DNA of 64,000 nucleotides, from contig CM060734.1 of the NCBI GenBank assembly GCA_030704615.1, positions 31,496,001 to 31,560,000 of the forward strand, given 5' to 3'. Numbering within the stretch: position 1 is the stretch's first letter; every line of letters begins with the position of its first letter. The position numbers and the translations under genes were made by a program. The stretch is from Takakia lepidozioides. Lineage: Eukaryota; Plantae; Bryophyta. The notes below the pieces were generated by a model. The model did not search any database and was not told the origin of the DNA. It saw nothing but the letters and a program-made list of their open reading frames with translations. Below, piece after piece: positions 48,401-61,954 of the stretch.

Positions 48401-51400
48401 AGAGAGACCATCTGTGCAAATTTTTGCTACGATGTAACCTTGAGGACATAATCCTCCCAGATATCACCCACCTGGAGCCAGCAGGAGATTTTGAGCCCAG
48501 CAGGCTATAAAATTGTACAGGGAACTGACTGTCATTTGATGTATGTGCTAGATTGACTTCATACTACAAAGCATGTGGTTGACGCCAGCCCTGCCATAGA
48601 GGAGAAAGAAGAAAGAAGGTTTGAAGAGGAGAATAAAATGAACTTTATAATAGCCCTTAGGGCCCATGGGACAAAGTAGAACCCGCGAGAGAAACAAAGA
48701 AATGAAATGAAATGAAATGGTACTTTATAACGTCCGCGGAAAGCTCATAGAGCTTATGAGACAAAATGGAAAACAAACATGAGAGAGGAAACAGAACCAG
48801 AGCCAAAAATAAACTATTGCTCGAGGGATTGTCTAAGGGTGAAGGCCTCGTGCAGGTAAGCTGCCAAGCATTTCTGATCCTCATAGTGGAAGACTTCAGT
48901 GAGAGATTGAGTTCGCGGAAGAAGAAATGAAATGAAATGGTGCTTTATAACGTCCGCAGAAAGCTCATAGAGCTTATTTGACAAAATGGAAGAAAACATG
49001 AGAGAGGAACAAATCCAGAAACCACAATTAATGTTCTAGCGATTGTCTAAGGGTGAAGGCCTCGTGCAGGTAGGCTGCCAAGCATTTTTGACCCTCATAG
49101 TGGAAGACATCAGTGAGAGTTTGGGTTCCACTGAATAAACAGTGGAAGAGAAAGAAGGAAATGACATGGTACTTAATAACGTCCGCAGAAAGCTCAAAGA
49201 GCTTTTGGGACAAGAGAAATGAAATGACAGAAAAGAACAAGACGGAGTGGGGCCCTCCACAAGCAGCCCAACAGCAACTATTGTTCAATGGACTGTATAA
49301 TCAACGCCTCATGCAGGTAAAATGCCAAGCATTTCTGATCCTCATAACGGAAGACCCCATGAGAGATTGGTATCACAAAATAAACGATTGAATCTCCCAT
49401 GGATCTCATAGTAGAAAGGGCAGTGAATGTTCTTCACTTTTGAGAAATGAAATGTAATGGAACTTTATAATGTCTGCAGAACAGAGATGAGATGAAATGA
49501 TACTTCATAACGAAAGAAAGAGAAAGAAAGAAACTGTGTAATGTCCACAGCAGGCCCAAAGAAGAAGTGCCCCATGCAGGTAAGTTGCCTGGCACCTTAG
49601 AGTTTCAAAGCTACAAGCTTCTGCCAACAACTACGAGTCTCTAAGGATATAATAATCTCGACCTTGGATTCCAAAGTAATTGGATAGGAGAAAAGGAAAT
49701 GATACTGTAACAGAAATGAAATGAAATGCTACTTTATAACGTCCGCAGAAAGCACAAAGAGTTTATGGGACAAGAAAAGCACGAAACAAGAAAGAATAAA
49801 AGACAAAAAGTGAAGCCAGAAGCAGCCCAAAAGCAACTACTGCTCCAGGGACTGCCTAAGGGTCAAAGCTTTGTGCAGATAAGCTGCCAAGCATTTCTGA
49901 TCCTCATAATGGAAGACTTCTGTGAGAGATTGGGTTTCACGGAAGAGAGTGGAATCTCCCACAATAGTAAAGAGGGCAGTAAAAGAAGTAGTGTTCTTCA
50001 GTTTCGATACAACGGTTCGGCCCAGTGCATGCTGGGTATAGGCAGTCTTCTCGCTGCAAGTTTTCCCCTCTACCAGTCTTCATCCGTAAATTGTGGGAGC
50101 CCGCCCTGAATCGCCCCAGTCCCCTCAAAAGAGAGGGAGATAAAGGTGCAGATAAGTAATTAGGCCGCAAGATTCTATCATCACGGAGAACTAAGTATGT
50201 CTCTCAGTAGAAATGGAGTTTTGTTGTTAGAGTGGCTGTTCGCTTGACATGAAGTTCCATAAGTTCTCTTCTGATGAGTCTTTTGCGACCCTGTTTGGAC
50301 GTGATTTCCACTCCTTCTGTATTTTGTGGCAGTAGGGAAGCACCAGAGAGTCCATTGCGGTAAAAAAACACTGCACACCCGAGCACACCAGGAGGGCTTG
50401 AAGCCTGCTGTAAGGAGCCTGATAGATGTTTTGAGGGCCCTTGCTGTGAGCCCTGTGGGGTTCAGGGCTTGTAACCTTTTAAAAAAGATTGTAAGCCTAA
50501 AGCTAGCTTTGGTTTGAAGTGGCACGCATGCAAACTCCGCACATAGAATGTGTGATGGAGTTGTGCCCCAAGCACCAAGCATTGTTTCGAGGAAAGATGA
50601 GAAGAAACAATTACCATCACGGCACGCCCAAACAGTCCAAGGACACAGAAGAACAACAGAACAAATCAAATCCCAAACTTTCATGAAGGTGGAGAGCTCA
50701 GCAGGTAAGCCTCAAGCAGAGAAAGAAACAAAGAAAGTGGTACTAGGTATGAGGACCCAAGGGACAGAGCCAAACAACAGAGCCGCAGATGAAAGAAAAC
50801 CCCAGTGCGTGCACAGCAACACAGTAGGACCATACATAAATAGGAACAAAGCCTTATACATCCACCAAGGGCCATGGAACAAAGTAGAATAGAAAGGTGC
50901 TTAGATATGCAGCATCATAGACAAAGTCAAGCGAAAAACATACAAGGCGTTGAAGCAGCACATTGGTGGTGCAAAATAGCAACTGCGTCTGCATGGAGCG
51001 CTTGGCTTCAACACGGATTTGGTATCCCACACTCTGGCCAACGGCATCACCCCTCTCAGCTGCCACACGTGTTGCTACGGACATGGCTGAGATTCAACGA
51101 GGTTGGGTACAAACTATGTTGCAGTCTGCACCCCGCCCAGCCTCTATTTCCTCCTCCAACAGGAACATGGGCAGTTGTGTGGTCTTCCCACACCCTGTCT
51201 CTCCAGACACAACAACAACCTGCCTCAACAAAATCAACAACATCCGCTGGTGTCTCAACATGTAAACCTTTGTTTTATGAAGCATGCAAATAAGGAACAT
51301 GTAGAGACCAGTGAATTATTCCAGCTCAGAATGGAGAATGAGATTTCCTGGGAGCAATAGAAGTCATTGGAACAGCTCTTGGTGGCAATCCTAGCAGAGA

Positions 51401-54400
51401 TGATGTAACACCCTTCCAGATGATTGGAGGTGCTGCAATAAAGGACAGGAATGAACCTGACTTTTTTTCACAGCTTGCAAAAATTCATCTTTCAGTTTGA
51501 ATGCCGGCAGTTGCTCCCGAAAAGCATGAATTGCTTTTCCTGCTGTGCTGGCCTGTCATCCCAACCAAGAGCTTTGAGGAACAGGCTCAAGATGCGGTGC
51601 ATGAGACATCCACCTTGCGGCAAAACTGTGTAACATTCTCAACCACACAACACATCAAAATATGTGAAATGAGTGGCGGTCACAAAATGAACTAGACTTG
51701 CATGTTGCAAAGCGTCAAAGTCTGTTTTACAAAGACATTCAGGTTTGTTAAACAAGCCAAAAATCATTTATCTTCTGTAAGTATCACAAGGTGACTAGTG
51801 AAAGACTCAGGTAAGGAGCCAACGACAAAGAAGTTGGGATAAATCCAAAACCTGTAATTGCCGTTGATACTCTCTCAGCTCCAGGCTCTGTTTCTCCTTG
51901 TCTAAAGCAAACGGTGACACTAATGGCATTGTTATTGGCAACTTGTGGGGCACCCGGGTGGGCGACCTGCCACTGCCCCCATCCACGCCCCTGGATGCTA
52001 CAGTAGATGAGCCACTGGTATCATGGATGGTTGCCAGCAGATTCTCCACCCGACACTCTGTGGCAGCGGACATTCTGACCTGCAATTAGTGCAGCAAACC
52101 TGCATTGCTCAATCTCATTGAGGGGCCAGGGTGTACTAGCTTCCATTTGGGGCACTATCTGACAATTGAAATATGCAGGACATTATGGAAAGTCGACAGT
52201 GCTGTGATGCTTGTTGTCTTGGAATTCCATATTTTTCATGAAGTCTTCAGCATGCAGTATCTTGCTGGAGATTCACATGCTGATTTCAAGAAATGCATGA
52301 ATGTTATTCTTCTAAAAGATGCAATCTGTCCATGAAAGGAACAACTTTCCAGAGGGTATCCTTGTATCCTTCCAGAAAAAAAACAAGCTACCCCCAAACC
52401 ACATCCAGTTTATAGTAACTAGGAGTTCGTTTATTAACTCTTTGGTGTAGATTTCATTAGAAAATTTCCAGCACCAGAGAGCAGAGGGACAGCGAAAAAT
52501 GTTGCCCCAGGCAGGGCAGTTTGGCTACCATGAGGATTGCATGCATACCTGCCGTAAGGAGGAGCTATAGTGTTCATCAAGATCAGCACGATAGATGGGC
52601 AGTGGAGCTTTGCTGACCACCAGCACAGTGTTCCTGCCTTTACTATAAGCATGACTTCCTTCCCCACATTCCCCACCCGTCTTGACTCCGTTAGCACATG
52701 TGAAACTCCCCTGCGCGGCCTTACAAGTGAACCCTCCTTTCCCAAGTACAATACAAAAGGGCAAACTTGGTGTCTGTGTCTTCTGCTGGCATTCCCTGAG
52801 ATAACTGCTATCATTTACAAGTGCTAGAGCTGAAGTAGACATTAGCATCAGCAGAAATATTACATCCCCAACAAGGCTACAGCAGCACGTGTTTTAAAAT
52901 GCTGAGCATTTCAGCCATTAGGAACATTTTTTGAACGAAGTATGATTTATTCCAGAAGGCAAGCAAAGCTTGATGCCTACATCTTCCCCCTGAATTAGAT
53001 TTTATTTTCTTCATCCTTACAAATAGGACCCTCTCACATCGTTCTCATATTGGCTGACCCCACAAAAGTTCAGAGTTATGATAATATTACACATTCACCA
53101 CTACAGCATCCCGAAGTGAGAAAACTGGGTGTCTCCACAAGGAAAGGCAGAGCGACACGTGAAGGGGAAGAAGAAAGATGCACCATGCCCGAGACTTGTG
53201 TCTTGGGATCCCAGTTGGCATTGGCACACTCTAATAGTAGCCAGAGAGACACACTGTGAATTTTTCCCATATACTTTGACTTAAGCTAAAACCACTTACA
53301 AGTGAAGACCAAGCTGGCGGGCAAAATTTTCCAGGATGTTCTTTCCACTGCGACCATAGTTTGTCTTGATCACAATCTCCTGCTCTTCCTGCCCGACTTT
53401 CAGCTTCTCCAGATTTATCCACCAATCTTTTTCATTTAACTGTTCCTCTGAGGGGGGCTGCAAACATAAGGCAGTGATTGCAAGTGATAATCAATTGCAA
53501 AGTTACAAATATATTTTCATGCTTTTTACATTGTTCAAAATTTTGTAGCATTCCCAACTTGACTTACCTGAAGATTGATTGATGCTCAAATGAAATACAT
53601 AAATTATTGTATACTTTTTAACCTCATCTTCAAATAATCACTGTTTGTATATTTGCATAGTCCATTAAGAAAGGGAACTTCCAGGCATAGAAAGTACACA
53701 GGAGATTACGGGTCGAATTTATCCAAGAAGGAGTGAAAAAATGGTTGTGAAAGAATACTCAACCTGGCCTTGGAGACCCTAGTTCATGCCATTGAAGGAA
53801 ATGTTACTTAAATGCCCTAAAGCAGGAAAGTTAAGCCATGTGCATGTCTGACAATAACTCACTCTCAGTGTGAGTGGGTTTGAAACAAGGTTAATCAGCA
53901 GTCTGTATTTGTCAAAGAAGAACGATATGTCGAAGCATGCCACTTCTTTGGAGCTATACAGTTGCTGAAGGTTTAGGGTTTTAGTTATCCTGATTCACCC
54001 CAATGGATTGGGAACGAACAATGATATATAGACGCTGGAATTCGCACAGTATACCCTGGGATATTTGAACTGGTGTCAACTGGTACTTTCGAATAAAGAA
54101 AAAACGCACACCTCTGTAATTTGAAACCAACGATTAAGTTATAGACAAATCCTCAAAAGCTGACAATGTATTGCGCGCCTCGCACCTATTTTCAGAGTGA
54201 GAGTTGAAAGGTCAGAGCATGCGAGTCTGTACACTCAGTCTTCCAACAGAATGATGCAGTCAAACCTTCAAAATAACAAAATGTGTTCGAAATGGTTACC
54301 TCTTCATGCATCGGTTTCATCATTTTTGTTCTCCACGCAGGGTCCCACCATCTTTGAGCACCACCACTGCCGCTTCTGCTAACTCTCCCGCCGCCTCCGC

Positions 54401-54509
54401 TCCTCCCTCCCCGCCACTCCGGCCGATCGTCCCCTCTCCCCCTTCCTTGAGAAAACGGTCTCCTTCCTCTGCCTCTCCCCAGAGCACCACTTGGTCCCCC
54501 GCCAGGCAT
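42444..54509 (-). pseudogene. DExH-box RNA helicase, DExH1/DHX36-like, multi-exon, probably pseudogenised
   Basis: RGG N-terminus with [56 protein letters not shown], and HA2/OB-fold segments. In-frame TGA in motif Ia (TQPR*ISA, 51094-51096) and a ~63-bp exonic insertion with TAA (44861-44924). One GC-AG intron (donor GCAAGT at 47406). Confidence 0.85.
48640..50570 (-). mobile_element. Cluster of head-to-tail 5'-truncated RTEX/L2-like LINE copies with (CATTT)n tails, in a helicase intron
   Basis: Longest copy 49716-50570 (GRFRAGSHNLRMKTGR..CIETEEHYFFYCPLY). Shorter copies end at about 48700, 48925, 49155 and 49445, mostly with CGGACGTTATAAAGTACCATTTCATTTC-like ends. Another stub at about 46468-46510. 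Confidence 0.8.
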
Positions 54510-55177
54510 TGCTACGCTTGTCCGAGCTTCTAAACTCGAAGAGATCGATTCCAAAATCAGAAGGGACAGCCACACTTCAGATAACCGGGAGGCTTCCCTA
54601 AAATTTATTCAAGGTGGCTCCGGGCAGCCCTGGACGATAGAAGTAGCCAATCCGGCGATGCGCCAGCAAATTCGAGTTGGTCACAGGCAACTAAGACATC
54701 CGTGCATGTCTTTTGCGAGAACGTTCAAGCTCTTCCGATTGCAGGCCAGGCTGTGAGAGCGAGACTGCCCTGAAGAGATCATCTGGCAGATACAATGCAT
54801 AAACAGCAACCTCAAAAACAGAAAACAAACCAAACGACGGAGGGTTATACGAGGTGTTAGCGCTAACCGAGTTCAGTCAGCATCCCCTCAGAAGCGGTAA
54901 CGTTGTAGCACCTCTCAAATCTCGCGCTTTACAATCTTCTTCTTCCCCGTCGTGGACAATGTAGTTACACCATTGGCGATTGCAACTGGATAAGAATGTG
55001 GATTTGAACTCCGAACCACGGGCTGTAGTATTCCGGATTTAGGAAGCAAAGGCGCATGAGGGTCGAGTGTGTTTAGGCTTCAATTCATTGCCAGCAATCC
55101 AGAGAGCACGATTGATGTGTTTGTGTTTTGTTGGCAGGGAATTGGCAGTGTTTGTTTGGAAGGTGTGAGTGCAAGGG

Positions 55178-58100
55178 ATGGACAGCCGCGAAATGGAAGC
55201 AGAGGATGGAGGAGCTGAGATGCTCACTGAGTATGAGAAACAGCGACAGAAGAGGATACAAGAAAACAATGCTGTGCTTGCGGCTCTCCAACTTCCGGCT
55301 ATGGGATCATCCTTAGAAAAACCTGCAAAAAAGCAGCGTATCAATCAGCCAAAAACCTCTGGAAGAGGCCCACGGAGACGGTCAGAGCGACTAGGAACTC
55401 AGAAAAGGTGAATCTGCCATTGCCGTGTGGACTGTTGACGTACAGGTGTAGATCATGAGTTGTTTCAGTTGCGAAGTGATTCTCGCGGACATGGCTTTCT
55501 TTGTGGGAGTTTTCAGCTTCGTTATCGAAATTGAAAGAAGGAACCGTGTAACTGAGTGGCCCTTCCGATGTCAAAAGCGGTGCCGAGTATTTCTTGTGGA
55601 AGAATCTGGCATTCTTGCATGTAGAGCAGGCAACTCTAGACTTGTTTATCATTGCTAATTACACGTTATTTCCGAGACCTGCAGTTTTCCACAACACTTG
55701 GAGATGGTGACTGTAGAATGTGATCAGCGACACGAAATTCCTGTTAAATCTGACATTGTCTTGTGGACACGATTCAACAACGTGCAGCTATGCTGAGAAC
55801 GCCAGCAGCAGCTCAGACCAGTCGTCAGACTCCGATTGTCCGAGTTCTCCTGCATCCAGAAAACCTAGAGACTATACTTCTGGCAAAAATAAAGACAAAG
55901 AGTATGAACCTGGTGATGATGATGACGACCAGTCCGAGTCAGATGATGAGCTGGATGAAGATACTTTGGAGGTTAGTTACCAACTTGGAACAACAGTGTT
56001 AATATGGGCATTTGAATAAAATGTGGCCTCTAATGTTGAGAACCCTCTCTGAAAGAATGGATGTTATAGAGGTCTGAGAAAAGTACAGTACCACTTGGTA
56101 TCCCAGTCAGTGAGGCTCTTCGGAAAATGAAGTTGGGGTTGGGAACAGGAGGTGTGTGGTTGTGGACGGAACTTGTCAATAAGACACATGACTTCAGGGC
56201 ATTTGTGGAATTTGTGGAAGTAGTTCATCACAAGACCAGTCTGGTGGAGCAATTAAGGTTGGAGATTTGGGACAGGATTATCCTTTCTTGATTGAAACTC
56301 ATTAAACTTAATTTCATTTTTTGCAGGATAAGTCTCAAAAGACACCTTCTGTGCCAGTTGATATATCCATGGATGATGAAGAGCTTGCTCTTCAGCAGGT
56401 AACACTCTGCTTCATCCCCAAATGTGATTTTGTAACACCAGCATCGCATTGTGATTTGAGAATCCTAAGTTGTCTTTCAGCTGCTACATTGATGCCATTT
56501 CACAGGCTTTATTGAGGGCACATTTGTGAAGTCTAGGTCACCAGGCTCATCTTTGTCATTGAAATGCTTGTCCCTCCCTAAATGCAACCAGGGTTAACTC
56601 AATCCAAGGAGCAAACCTTGTGGCTAGTCCTCCACATTAAAGAAGAACCGATTATGCAGCCTGCTGTGTGTCCTATAGGGGAATGGTACTTTCCTTGTTG
56701 CATTGCAGCGTAGGATTTCCATTGTATGGCCCATTTTTGTTGCATGCTGAGGTTTGAATTATGTGGGTGACTGGCAGGCTCTAGCGCTTTCCATGGAATG
56801 TTTGTTGGAAGATGCAGCTGCAAACAAAAGAGATTTCCCCAGTAATAATTTATATGGAAGGCGATCGAAGAAATGGGTCAAGCTTTCTGAATTAGCCAAT
56901 GCCAGTGAAAGGAATCCACAAGCACCATCATCATCTGCTCATACTGATGGTGATCGCTTACCAAGATGGAGGAAGCAGAAGGTAGGGAAGGATCACTAAA
57001 AATTGACTTGGTTAACAAACTCAAGTGTGTAATAGAATTGGATAGCTTCACTTATTGTGAATTATTGGGGGCTTCACAAAGCAGTGATCCATCTGCCCTG
57101 AATGTCATGAGTTGACAAGCATTTGTGTCCTTTTGTGCCACTCCTGGTAACACAGGTTTATAAAGTCCATGGCTTGAGAGTCTGATGGAAGCAGTGTGTC
57201 TTCATGAACGCCTTTGAATGCTGAATATTCAACGATTCTTTGCAGGGCCAGAAAGACAAACTGCAGTTTACAGAAGGCGAGATTGATAACTTCTTTGTTC
57301 TGTTTGACGGTGAGTTCATCAACTTAAGGAGTTTGAATTTGTAGCTGCCTTCAGATACATGAATGTCTTTGTAATGGCTGTATAATGAGAGGTCTGTGAG
57401 CACAGTCCTGCCAGAGGGACTTTACTTCATTTAGGGGCTCTCAAAGTATAGACACCTACCTTTTGGCCATAGATGGAGAGAGCCTGTAAATTCTAAACGC
57501 TGGGAATAATTGGACAAGTTCATGAGGGAGATACAACTTCCTGGTCTAGGGTGTAGGCTTAGAGGGACACGAAGCTGTTTGTGGACTTACTTCTAGATCT
57601 CAACAGGCATATTGGATGGTGGTTGGCAGAGAGAAGAACAGGGCAGCTGTCGGCAGCAGATTTAGAGCATTTGGCAACTGCACATGATTTTACATGGAGC
57701 AAGGACGAGTTGGGTGACATGATTCACTTCTTTGATAGCAACCATGATGGCCTGGTCAGACTACTCCCATGCTGCACATGTTGACTTGAAAGTATCCACT
57801 TCAATGCACTATAGTTTCTCATTCGTTCTCTAACACAGAAACACCCGATTTCCATGAAATGTAACCTTCTCGTCTGAGAGACCAAGCTCACAGAAGGGAT
57901 GGGCTCCCATGGAGCTGCACCACTTGCTATGTACTTGTCATCCAATTTGGAGGGACGACACCGTGTGTTCAATGCTATTAGGCTACTGAATCTATGTGAG
58001 GGCAGGGGAAGATACTCACGAGTACATTCACATTCTCATACCCATAAAAAGTGTGAGAAGTCTTGGCGAGTAGTTTTAATTAGAACATAGTGGTCAGACC

Positions 58101-58217
58101 ACATTGGTGAAGGATTTGCATACTGGCAACTAATTGGGACAGTGTGCTCCTGATCTGCAGCTCAATAGTTCAGATTTCCGACGCATGGCTGTGCGCTTCA
58201 ACTTAGCCCGATCTTGA
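55178..58217 (+). CDS. Plant EF-hand family protein with an acidic region and a UIM-like motif; 7 exons
   Basis: Exons 55178-55407, 55788-55971, 56327-56398, 56778-56981, 57246-57309, 57630-57754 and 58161-58217, all GT-AG and in phase. Motifs: LTEYEKQRQKRIQENN, DDEELALQQ|ALALSM, and AHDFTWSKDELGDMIHFFDSNHDGL|LNSSDF. Confidence 0.85.
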
Positions 58218-60048
58218 TGGGTGCCACACAGTTCATTGCTTGGAGGGTACAAATTCTCCCATTATCCAGTTTCTTATGGTCAGCTTTAGGCCATGAGTAA
58301 CCTTTAGGAGTGTTTGAGGAGCACATCGCGGATGTTCACATACAGCGTTAAATGTTAGACTGTCTTTATTGTTAGGAAAAATTGACCCCCTTTTAAATTA
58401 CAAAGACAATTGAGTGTAAGTGTTAACATGTTAACTGTTACTGGTCTTTAACTAAATTGTCTGCAGTACATGGTAATGACACCAACCATACTGTGTATTT
58501 AGAAACCAGTTTACGATTTAGGGTTAGGTGAAGCACTCCCTACCATGTATGTGCTCAAATATGTACAGATGATGATGTCATGAAATTGAGTAACATCCAT
58601 GTAAAAAGAGATGTATTGCAAAGCAGGAACAGTGCTGTTAGACATAGACCAATGCTCATTTCTCAACTGTTGCTGCGTCCCAATGGCATAGACCAATGCT
58701 CAGTTCTCAACTATTGCTGCGTCCCAATGGATGTGAGTTCGGATAGTGAAGCTGAATAATATTATATAAGTTAGCTTTCAATGTTAAGCCTTCTAACTGT
58801 TCGCAGGATATTATCCCTTGGCTGGTCATATAGGTAGTGCCCTCCGAATTATGAATTTTGCAACCTGTATTGAGTGGCATACTGCATTTGTACTAGGTTT
58901 TTTGAATATATTTTCTTCCCTTCGAAAACCAAACACTCATATGTAAGTGACACGAATATGTATATATATGGCGTCAAGCAAAGTTAGCGTAGCTAAGAGC
59001 CTCTTCCCCTTGCGGGTACTACCTTGGGCTCTATCTTTCAGGCAATACTCAAAACCTTCTTGGCAACACTGATGAGTCATTATTGTCATGGTTCATTGAA
59101 GATGTTGGAGTAAGAAGCCAGATTTACTTATTTATTTAGTTATGTTCATTTACCACTCAGTTATCTTCCTTCATTTGGCTAAACTGGTACAGAGGATGTC
59201 CTTTCGGCTAAACTCTTGGTGGTTGTCGAACTGACCGGCGCTCCAACTTAGTGTTGAACATGGAAGGAGATGGTTGTTGCCTTGAAGGATGCCATGCCTT
59301 TTGGTTCTTGTTTACACCTGAAGAATTGTGGTTGAATGTAAGTGAATCAGATTTAAAGTGACTCCGATAGGTCTGCAGCAAACAATGATCTCTTGGTGGC
59401 CAAGCAGATACTAGATATGACCAAGGATATACTCATTGGGAGAGGAAAGTGTAGTTGAATAGATCTAGGCAGATCATAAGTAGAGAATGATGTAGAGAAC
59501 AGTAGCATCCAGTAATAGACGATGCATGACAATGTCGGATCATGCTTTGGTGACCTTGTCCACTGACGTAGATGTATGATCATAGGATCAACCCTCTGTT
59601 ATAGAACTACAGATTGTTAGGATCCCATAAAGAGAGAGAGAGAGGTTCATATGATCTTCACTTGGGATCGTTTGTGCTCTACCACCCAATCCACTGCATA
59701 GGTTCTGATTTATGCATGGTTAGAGTACTGACCTAAATGGGAGGCTAGGTGGTATGTCAACATGCAAGAGTGGTATAAATATTTGGAAGCTCGGGCACTT
59801 TGGTGGGAAGGACTCAAATATCAATTTGAAGGGGGAAGCTTAAGTGAATGGTGAAAAAGCCTTGTTTGTGAGCAGGATTACAAGGGATTTCCAAGGCCGG
59901 CACCTCAAAGATCTTAAGGTCACCAAGAATGTCAAGCAAACAACAACATATACGTATATGTGAATTTGAGAGTACGGGGTTGGTTCGATCTTATTTGTTG
60001 ATATCCTGTTTGACACTGCAAAATTTTTAGCAGGGTGGTTCAGAGAGG

Positions 60049-61275
60049 ATGACAGATTGTAAAGCTGCATTCCTGGAGTGCCGAGATAAGAGAACAGCGT
60101 TGCATTTGAAAGGGGGTGGAATTGCATTGATTCTTGTAGCAAGTGCCCTCGGTGTGGCTCTACCCTTGTTGGGTCGCCGCCTCCAATATTTGAAGACCGA
60201 TGGGAACACTTTCTTCATCTCTAAAGCGTTTGCAGCTGGTGTCATTCTGGCCACTGGATTTGTGCACATGCTACCAGATGCTACAGAATCCTTGACTAGT
60301 ACCTGCTTGCCTAAATTCCCATGGTCGAAGTTCCCATTTTCCGGGTTTGTGGCCATGATGGCAGCTCTGGGGACCTTAGTGATCGACTTTGTGGCGACTG
60401 AGTTCTATGAGAGGCAACACGATCATGGAGGCGACCTGGAAAAAGGGGGTTCCCTCCCAGCTCATGCAGAAATTTTGTACCGATCATTTAGTGGATGTGG
60501 GATGTACTCACGAAACCGTATTTTGGGTCGAATCTCCTCTGGAGCAGAAAGATACAAGGCGGTGACATCCGAAACTCTGGTCTCTGATCAAGTGGACAAG
60601 GAGAAGGGACCAGAAGGGGTTGAGGATGCGGGTGGACGTGTACACATAGTCGGCATGCGTGCCCACGCTGCATCCCACAGTCATAGTCACGCTGAAGGTC
60701 ACCACCAGTGTGCGAATGTGACTCACGACCATGCGCTAGGGCATGTGGGTCATACTCACGACGTTGGTAGATCGGATGATGAAGGTTTGGCACACATTAG
60801 ACATGTTGTGATTGCGCAAGTGTTGGAGTTGGGAATAGTGGCTCACTCAGTGATCATCGGGATATCACTTGGAGTGTCTGGCAGCCCGTGCACCATAAGA
60901 CCCCTCCTGGCTGCCCTCACATTTCATCAGTTTTTTGAAGGTTTTGCCCTTGGTGGCTGCATTTCCCAGGCAGGTTTCAATTGCCTGCCTTCGACAGTCA
61001 TGGCGTGTTGTTTTGCAATCACCACTCCGACAGGGATTGCCATTGGAATAGGAATTGAGTCAAGCTACAAGGAGGATAGTCCAAGAGCAATGGTGGTGGA
61101 AGGCATATTTGATTCCATATCTGCAGGCATCCTCGTGTACATGGCACTGGTGGATCTAATTGCAGCTGATTTTTTAAGCAAGCGCATGCGCTGCAATCGG
61201 CAGCTGCAGGTCTGGTCCTACTTGTCTCTCTTCTTGGGAGCGTTTGCCATGTCGGCTCTTGCTATTTGGGCATGA
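60049..61275 (+). CDS. ZIP-family zinc/iron transporter, ZIP4/IRT3-like
   Basis: [27 protein letters not shown], a His-rich loop ([12 protein letters not shown]), [25 protein letters not shown] and C-terminal LAIWA. An acceptor-like TTTTAGCAG at 60025-60033 suggests an upstream exon. Confidence 0.95.
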   Translation: MTDCKAAFLECRDKRTALHLKGGGIALILVASALGVALPLLGRRLQYLKTDGNTFFISKAFAAGVILATGFVHMLPDATESLTSTCLPKFPWSKFPFSGFVAMMAALGTLVIDFVATEFYERQHDHGGDLEKGGSLPAHAEILYRSFSGCGMYSRNRILGRISSGAERYKAVTSETLVSDQVDKEKGPEGVEDAGGRVHIVGMRAHAASHSHSHAEGHHQCANVTHDHALGHVGHTHDVGRSDDEGLAHIRHVVIAQVLELGIVAHSVIIGISLGVSGSPCTIRPLLAALTFHQFFEGFALGGCISQAGFNCLPSTVMACCFAITTPTGIAIGIGIESSYKEDSPRAMVVEGIFDSISAGILVYMALVDLIAADFLSKRMRCNRQLQVWSYLSLFLGAFAMSALAIWA

Positions 61276-61954
61276 GTTTGTTTACCCAGGGCCCAAACCA
61301 CCAGTTTTGTAGAAAAGATCAGTAAAGTGTTGTTGACACATCCTTACATGCTGGTCATGTTCAAGTTGTAGACCTGGAGCATGACCCCTCTCATATATTA
61401 AGGTTAATTGTGGTGAGTATAAAGGAGAACTCTTTGTGAGAGAGATGGGTATTGTGATTGGGTGTGTCTGCCAGAGAGAAGGCAGAGAGAAGTAGAGAGT
61501 GTGAAATAGTGATCTCTGCAAACAACACTTTGTAAAACCAACAACAGCCAAAATTGTTTCCCTAGCCACCGAGTCAGTATGCTCAGTTCACCGCCATGAG
61601 GATGTCGATGGTGCTCTTCAAGGGCAGTGTACTGGAATATGCTATTTAGAGGCAAGGAACTATGGCATATGCATTTTTCTTTTTATTTATTTTTTATCAC
61701 TTTTTCCTTAAAGAGAAAGGGGAGCAAGCCCTCATTCATTCATTTTTCAAAGGGAATTTATCTTATATAAACATACATCAAAAATTACATCCAACCGTAA
61801 ACATCCACAATTTGTATAATGTACCCTCTATATGTGTTATGGCTTGGGAGTAGCAAATGCCTCATGGCCTTGGGTCTTGGACGTTATTTTCTAAGACTTC
61901 TATTAATATGATTTAAAGGGCCTCCGTCCCCTTTCGTAAAAAAAGAAAAGAAAA

